From: Rhodoferax sp. OV413
GTDB lineage: Bacteria; Pseudomonadota; Gammaproteobacteria; Burkholderiales; Burkholderiaceae_C
Direction: 5' to 3'
DNA: 43,862 bases
NCBI GenBank assembly: GCA_945885775.1
Contig: CAMCZF010000001.1
Location: 1-43,862 of the forward strand
Shown: positions 38,313-43,862 of the stretch, one piece after another
Numbering within the stretch: position 1 is the first letter of the stretch
Layout: every line of letters begins with the position of its first letter
The notes under the pieces: model-generated
Databases searched by the model: none
Told to the model about the DNA's origin: nothing
What the model saw: only the letters and a program-made list of their open reading frames with translations
Made by a program: the position numbers and the translations under genes

Positions 38313-41171
38313 ATGAACAAACCTGCCCCCCCTGCCCCGTCTGAACGCTCGCCGACTGCCAAGAGCAAAGACAACGAAAGACCGCTGGTCGAGGACATCC
38401 GGCTGCTGGGGCGCATTTTGGGCGACGTGATCCGGGAGCAAGAGGGTGAAACCGCGTTTGAGCTGATCGAGCAGATTCGCAAGCTGTCGGTCGCGTTCCG
38501 GCGCGACGCCGACCACGACGCCGACCGCGCCCTTAAAAAGCTGCTCAAGGGCCTGAGCGGCGACCAGACGGTGAGCGTGATCCGCGCCTTCACTTATTTC
38601 AGCCATCTGGCCAACCTGGCCGAAGACCGACACCATATCCGCCGCCGTGCCATCCATGAGCGCGCCGGCGACACCCAGGAGGGCAGCATCGACGTTGCCC
38701 TGGCCCGTCTGCGCTGGGCGGGTATTTCGACCAAAACCATCGCCCAGACCCTGGCCACCAGCTTTGTGTCACCGGTGCTGACCGCGCACCCGACCGAAGT
38801 CCAGCGCAAGAGCATTCTGGATGCCGAGCGCGATATTGCCCAACTTCTGAGTGCCCGGGACGACATACGGGCCAAGGCTGCGGTCAACAACACCCGCAAG
38901 GATGCCTTAAGCCCACGCGAGCTGGCCGCCAATGAGGCTCAGATGCGAGCCCGGGTGCTGCAGCTGTGGCAAACCCGGCTGCTGCGCTTTACCAAGCTCA
39001 CCGTGGCCGACGAGGTGGAAAACGCCCTGAGCTATTACGAGGCCACGTTTTTGCGCGAGATCCCGCGCCTCTACGCGGACCTGGAGCGCGAGCTGGGGCA
39101 GCAGCCGGTGCACAGTTTTTTGCGCATGGGCCAGTGGATTGGCGGCGACCGTGACGGCAACCCCAATGTCAATGCCCAAACCCTGGTGCATGCCATGCGC
39201 CGCCAGGCCGAGGTGGCGCTGCGCCACTACCTGACCGAGGTGCATTACCTGGGGGGGGAACTCTCGATCTCGGCGATGCTGGTCCAGTGCGCCCCGGCCA
39301 TGCAGGCGCTGGCCGATCGCTCACCGGACACCAACGCCCACCGGCAAGATGAACCCTACCGCCGGGCCCTGACGGGCATGTACGCCCGGCTGGCAGCCTC
39401 GCTCAAGGCGCTGACCGGCGGCGACGCCGCACGCCACGCCGTGGCGCCCCAAAATGCCTATGCCAGTGCGGCCGAGTTTCTGGCCGATCTGCGCACCATC
39501 GAAACCTCGCTGAAGTCGCACCATGGCGCCGCCTTGACGGTGCAACGGCTGCACCCGCTGATCCGGGCAGTCGAAGTCTTTGGCTTTCATCTGGCCACCG
39601 TTGACCTGCGTCAGAGCTCGGACAAGCACGAACTGGTGGTGGCCGAGCTGTTGGCCCAGGCCCAATTGGAGGGCGGCTACGCCCAGCTCGATGAGGCTGC
39701 AAAACGCAGCGTTCTGATGCAGCAATTGCGCGATGCACGGCCGCTGCGGGTGCCTGGGGCCAGCTATTCCGAACACACATTGAGTGAACTGGCCATTTTT
39801 GAGACCGCCCGGCAACTGCATCAGGACTTCGGCGCCCAGGCGATCCGCCACTACATCATCAGCCACACAGAAACGGTGAGCGACTTGCTGGAGGTGCTGC
39901 TGCTGCAAAAAGAGGTGGGCCTGATGCGCGGCCTGCTAGCGGATGGCGCGCAGGGCAGCGCCACCAACGACCTGATTGTGGTGCCCCTGTTTGAGACCAT
40001 TGACGACCTGCGCAATGCCGCACCCATCATGCGCGAGTTTTACGCCCTGCCCGGCGTGCAGGCCATGGTGCGGCGCAGCGGCGCCGAGCAGGACATCATG
40101 CTGGGCTACTCCGACAGCAACAAAGACGGCGGCATTTTCACCAGCAACTGGGAGCTCTACCGCGCTGAAATCGCCCTGGTGGCCATTTTTGACGAGCTCA
40201 ACGGCGGCGTCGCCGAGGGCGGCATTCGCCTGCGCATGTTCCACGGCCGCGGCGGTACGGTCGGGCGCGGCGGTGGCCCCAGTTACCAGGCTATCCTGGC
40301 CCAGCCGCCCGGCACGGTACGGGGCCAAATTCGGCTGACCGAACAAGGCGAGGTGATTGGCTCCAAATACGCCAACCCCGAGATTGGGCGGCGCAACCTG
40401 GAAACCCTGGTGGCAGCCACGCTGGAGGCGACCCTGCTGCAGCCGACCAAGCCCGCCAGCGCGCCCTTTCTCAAGGCTGCCGCCGAGCTCTCCGCCACCA
40501 GCATGGCGGCCTACCGCCAGCTGGTCTATGAGACCCCAGGCTTTACCGAGTATTTTTTTGACTCGACCCCGATCCGTGAAATTGCCGAGCTCAACATCGG
40601 CTCGCGTCCAGCCTCGCGCAAACCAAGCCAGCGGATCGAAGACCTGAGGGCCATCCCCTGGGGCTTTAGCTGGGGCCAGTGCCGGTTGACGCTGCCGGGC
40701 TGGTACGGGTTTGGTTCGGCGGTGGAGCAGTTCCTGCGCGCAGAGGGCACCAAGCCGCAAAAAGAGCGCTTGGCGCTGCTTCAGCAAATGCAGCGTCAAT
40801 GGCCGTTCTTCAAAACCCTGCTGTCCAACATGGACATGGTGATCGCCAAGAGTGACCTGGCCCTGGCCTCGCGCTACGCTGAGCTGGTGACCGACGCGCG
40901 CCTGCGAAAAAAGATTTTCAGCATGATCGAGGCCGAATGGCACCGCACGGTGACGGCACTGGGCCAAATCACCGGCGAGCGCCAGCGTCTGGCCAGCAAC
41001 ACCGCGCTGCAACGCTCCATCCGCCACCGCTTTCCTTACATTGACCCGCTGCACCACCTCCAGGTGGAGCTGGTGCGCCGCTACCGCGCCGGCCAGGCGG
41101 ACGAGCGGGTCCAGCGCGGTATTCACATTTCAATCAATGGCATCGCAGCCGGTCTGCGCAACACCGGGTAA
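38313..41171 (+). CDS. ppc: Phosphoenolpyruvate carboxylase
   Basis: [60 protein letters not shown]. Start at ATG 38313. Confidence 0.98.
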   Translation: MNKPAPPAPSERSPTAKSKDNERPLVEDIRLLGRILGDVIREQEGETAFELIEQIRKLSVAFRRDADHDADRALKKLLKGLSGDQTVSVIRAFTYFSHLANLAEDRHHIRRRAIHERAGDTQEGSIDVALARLRWAGISTKTIAQTLATSFVSPVLTAHPTEVQRKSILDAERDIAQLLSARDDIRAKAAVNNTRKDALSPRELAANEAQMRARVLQLWQTRLLRFTKLTVADEVENALSYYEATFLREIPRLYADLERELGQQPVHSFLRMGQWIGGDRDGNPNVNAQTLVHAMRRQAEVALRHYLTEVHYLGGELSISAMLVQCAPAMQALADRSPDTNAHRQDEPYRRALTGMYARLAASLKALTGGDAARHAVAPQNAYASAAEFLADLRTIETSLKSHHGAALTVQRLHPLIRAVEVFGFHLATVDLRQSSDKHELVVAELLAQAQLEGGYAQLDEAAKRSVLMQQLRDARPLRVPGASYSEHTLSELAIFETARQLHQDFGAQAIRHYIISHTETVSDLLEVLLLQKEVGLMRGLLADGAQGSATNDLIVVPLFETIDDLRNAAPIMREFYALPGVQAMVRRSGAEQDIMLGYSDSNKDGGIFTSNWELYRAEIALVAIFDELNGGVAEGGIRLRMFHGRGGTVGRGGGPSYQAILAQPPGTVRGQIRLTEQGEVIGSKYANPEIGRRNLETLVAATLEATLLQPTKPASAPFLKAAAELSATSMAAYRQLVYETPGFTEYFFDSTPIREIAELNIGSRPASRKPSQRIEDLRAIPWGFSWGQCRLTLPGWYGFGSAVEQFLRAEGTKPQKERLALLQQMQRQWPFFKTLLSNMDMVIAKSDLALASRYAELVTDARLRKKIFSMIEAEWHRTVTALGQITGERQRLASNTALQRSIRHRFPYIDPLHHLQVELVRRYRAGQADERVQRGIHISINGIAAGLRNTG

Positions 41172-41188
41172 GGCACAGGGTCAAGGGC

Positions 41189-41935
41189 TCAGGTGCCGAA
41201 GGCCTCACGCACGGCGGCCAGTTGTCGGCGCGAAACCGGCAGGGACTCGGCAAGCCCGTGCAAGCGCACAGCCCATCCGCTGCCGTCGGGGCCGACCTCG
41301 TGCCTATCGAGCGCACGCAACGCCGAGCGCGCCACCAGGGCATTGCGGTGAATGCGGATGAAGCGGTTGCCATGGCGCTGCTCCTGTTCGCTCAGCGACC
41401 CCTCCAACAGATGGGTGGCCGTGGCCGTGCCAACGGTCAGGTACTTCAGCTCAGCCTTGAGGTAAAGCACCTGCGACAGCGGCAGCCGCTCCAGCCGACC
41501 ACGCCCCGGAACTATCAAAAATTCATCGGTCAAATCAGGTTCTAGCGCCTGTCGGGATTGACGGAACCGCTCTACTTTTTGTAGCGCTGACTGGAGTCGC
41601 TCCAGCCGGACCGGTTTGGTCAGGTAATCCACGGCATCGAGCTCAAAGGCCTGCAGCGCGTGCTCGGCATGGGCGGTGACGAACACCACGACGGGCGGGG
41701 CTGTCAAACCGGCCAGGGCGCGGGCCAGGCTCAGGCCATCGGCGCCAGGCATGTGGATGTCGACCAGCACCACATCCGCGAGGTGGTGCTGCAGCCAGGC
41801 CAGCGCCTGTGCCCCATTGGTGGCCTCGCCCAAGCACTGCGCAGCGGGCTGCGTGCAGTCGCCCAGCAGTGTGCGCAGCCGGCTGCGCGCCAAAGCCTCG
41901 TCGTCCACGACCAGCACCGTCAACGGGCGGCTCAT
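41189..41935 (-). CDS. algR: LytTR-family response regulator (AlgR-like)
   Basis: REC domain (VVDDE, DIHMPG, FVTAH, DYLTKP) plus LytTR domain (FIRIHRNALV, LPVSRRQ). Confidence 0.85.
   Translation of the reverse strand: MSRPLTVLVVDDEALARSRLRTLLGDCTQPAAQCLGEATNGAQALAWLQHHLADVVLVDIHMPGADGLSLARALAGLTAPPVVVFVTAHAEHALQAFELDAVDYLTKPVRLERLQSALQKVERFRQSRQALEPDLTDEFLIVPGRGRLERLPLSQVLYLKAELKYLTVGTATATHLLEGSLSEQEQRHGNRFIRIHRNALVARSALRALDRHEVGPDGSGWAVRLHGLAESLPVSRRQLAAVREAFGT
41530..41585 (-). repeat. Copy H of the ~56-bp element, in frame in the REC-LytTR linker of algR
   Basis: GCTACAAAAAGTAGAGC GGTTCCGTCAATCCC GACAGGCGCTAGAACCTGATTTGA. Encodes LQKVERFRQSRQALEPDL. Confidence 0.8.
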
Positions 41936-42969
41936 GCCGGCACCTCAAGCCGCACCACAAACCAGTTGTCGCGCAGACCGAAGCGGCACTGGCCCTGCAC
42001 ATCGTGCAGCAGCCTCAGTCGGTCCTGGACGTTGGCCAGCGCCAGGCCCTGTCCAGGGGCACCCGGGCCATCGGGCAGCGTGTTGCTGACCTTGATCACC
42101 ACGCGCTCGCCCCGACGCTCGGTGCTGATGCGGACCTCAGCCCCTGCGGCGCTGGGCTCTACCCCATGGCGAACTGCGTTCTCCACCAGCGGCTGTAACA
42201 ACAGCGGCGGCAGCAGGGCGGCACCAGCCCGCGGGTCGAGCTGCCAACTCAAGCGCAAGCGCTCGCCAAACCGCACCTGCTCGATCGCCAGGTAACGCTG
42301 GGCCAGCGCAATCTCTTGGCCAAGCGTGACCACCGGGCCAGGCTCGCGCAGGGCATGGCGGAACAGGTCGCTCAGGTCTTCCAGCAGTGCCTCAGCACGG
42401 GCCGGTTCGGCCCGCACCAGCGCTATGGCGGTGTTGAGGGTATTGAACAGAAAGTGCGGCCGGATGCGCGCCTGCAGCTCACCCAAACGGGCCTGGGTGG
42501 TGGCCGGGATCTGGCCACGGGCGCGCCAGGCCAGCGCGGCCACCAGCAAGGCCGCCAGCAGCGCGCCACTGGCGGCACTGGCCAGCCAGGGCAGTTGGTC
42601 ATGACCGCCCGCCAGCCACAGCACGCCGCAACCGTAAAGCCCGGCCAAGCCGCCCAGGCCTACCCCCATCGCCTGCTGCCACCTCAGCGGCAGCCGCGCG
42701 AGCAGGGTTTTCAGGCTGCAGGCGACCAACAGCCACACCAAAACGCCGGGCAAAACGGCCCCCGTCAACACACTGAACCGTATCAGCCACTCGCCCAAGG
42801 TGCCAGCGCCAAACAGCGCCGCCACCGCCGCCACCAGTTCGACAAACAGAACTGCCCGTAGCACCACACCCAGGTGGCAGGCATCAAACAGCAGCACCGC
42901 GTCTGGGCGCAGTGTGCGACCCGGCGCTGGCGCGTCAGGCAAGACCGATAAAATTTGGGGGTTAGACAT
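41932..42969 (-). CDS. algZ: LytS/AlgZ(FimS)-like sensor histidine kinase
   Basis: Four TM segments, [47 protein letters not shown]. Confidence 0.85.
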   Translation of the reverse strand: MSNPQILSVLPDAPAPGRTLRPDAVLLFDACHLGVVLRAVLFVELVAAVAALFGAGTLGEWLIRFSVLTGAVLPGVLVWLLVACSLKTLLARLPLRWQQAMGVGLGGLAGLYGCGVLWLAGGHDQLPWLASAASGALLAALLVAALAWRARGQIPATTQARLGELQARIRPHFLFNTLNTAIALVRAEPARAEALLEDLSDLFRHALREPGPVVTLGQEIALAQRYLAIEQVRFGERLRLSWQLDPRAGAALLPPLLLQPLVENAVRHGVEPSAAGAEVRISTERRGERVVIKVSNTLPDGPGAPGQGLALANVQDRLRLLHDVQGQCRFGLRDNWFVVRLEVPA

Positions 42970-43053
42970 CAGGTCGTGGGATTCAGCCGCATTATTGATG
43001 ATCTACTTTTACAACCTTCAACCCTGGTCCAGCGCTGCTCGCGCCGCCCCCGC

Positions 43054-43862
43054 ATGTCACAAACCCAATTTGATAAAAAATCGCAAGCCTGGTCAGCGCT
43101 GTTTTCCGAGCCCATGAGTGACCTGGTCAAGCGCTACACCGCCAGCGTGTTTTTTGACAAACGGCTGTGGCAAGCCGACATTGCTGGCTCGCTGGCGCAT
43201 GCCGAGATGCTGTGCCACCAGGGCATCCTGTCCGCCGCCGACCAGGCCGCCATTGCCCGCGGCATGGCGCAAATCAGCGCCGAGATCGAGGCCGGCCAAT
43301 TTGAGTGGCGGCTGGATCTGGAGGACGTGCACCTGAACATCGAGGCCCGCCTGACCCAGCTGGTGGGTGACGCCGGCAAACGCCTGCACACCGGGCGCAG
43401 CCGCAACGACCAGGTGGCGACCGACGTGCGGCTATGGCTGCGCAGCGAGATCGACCTGATCAATGCCCTGCTGCGCGAGCTGCAGCTGGCCCTGGTGGAC
43501 GTGGCCGAGCGCCATGTGGCGGTGATCCTGCCCGGCTTTACCCATCTGCAGGTGGCGCAGCCGGTGAGCTTTGGCCACCACCTGCTGGCCTATGTGGAGA
43601 TGTTCAGCCGCGATGCCGAGCGCCTGGCCGACGTGCGCCGGCGCACCAACCGCCTGCCGCTGGGCAGCGCCGCGCTGGCCGGCACCACTTACCCGCTGGA
43701 CCGGGACCGGGTAGCGCGCACCCTGGGCATGGTGGACGAGCAGGGCCAGCCGCAGGTCTGCCAGAACAGCCTGGACGCGGTGAGCGACCGCGATTTTGCG
43801 ATTGAATTCACCGCCGCCGCCAGCCTGTGCATGGTGCACATCAGCCGGCTGAGCGAGGAGCT
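43054..43862 (+). CDS. argH: Argininosuccinate lyase, 3' end outside window
   Basis: [14 protein letters not shown]..., [57 protein letters not shown]. Confidence 0.97.
   Translation, partial: MSQTQFDKKSQAWSALFSEPMSDLVKRYTASVFFDKRLWQADIAGSLAHAEMLCHQGILSAADQAAIARGMAQISAEIEAGQFEWRLDLEDVHLNIEARLTQLVGDAGKRLHTGRSRNDQVATDVRLWLRSEIDLINALLRELQLALVDVAERHVAVILPGFTHLQVAQPVSFGHHLLAYVEMFSRDAERLADVRRRTNRLPLGSAALAGTTYPLDRDRVARTLGMVDEQGQPQVCQNSLDAVSDRDFAIEFTAAASLCMVHISRLSEE

Noticed and set aside
36352-39258. G8/C8 homopolymers in hemX (36352), hemD (36801) and ppc (39251) as phase-variation tracts
   Set aside because: The runs are short, the frames are intact, the genes are housekeeping, and such runs are expected in Gly/Pro codons.

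Overview
High-GC betaproteobacterial chromosome segment. Gene content, gene order and protein features point to Burkholderiales/Comamonadaceae, Rhodoferax-like (inference). It is mostly core genome: trpB(partial)-trpA, accD, yggT, lysS, a YgjP-like peptidase, yciH, the lepA-lepB-rnc-era-recO-pdxJ-acpS-nagZ operon, the rpoE-rseA-rseB-degP cluster, the yceD-rpmF-plsX-fabH-fabD-fabG-acpP-fabF cluster, maf, a methyltransferase, rluC-HAD-Rieske-sppA, rne, hemCDXY, ppc, an AlgZ/AlgR-like two-component pair and argH(partial). No rRNA, tRNA, CRISPR array, integrase or transposase was seen. Five things are not explained by these genes. (1) A dispersed ~56-bp element (17-bp palindromic core GCTAY-N7-RTAGC, fixed 15-nt spacer, GACRRGGSCTAGARGC/AT-rich tail) occurs in about nine ungapped copies. 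They lie between genes, supply the stop codons of acpS and fabH, and are translated in frame inside hemD, sppA, algR and yceD. (2) An orphan integron-type gene cassette with a truncated attC, encoding an HNH-like nuclease, sits between trpA and accD next to a 196-bp element with perfect 33-bp inverted repeats. (3) A 14-codon minigene bridges lepB and rnc. (4) An intrinsic terminator lies inside the predicted lepA leader, with DnaA boxes upstream. (5) A palindromic extended -10 element may be shared by the divergent hemC and ppc genes.
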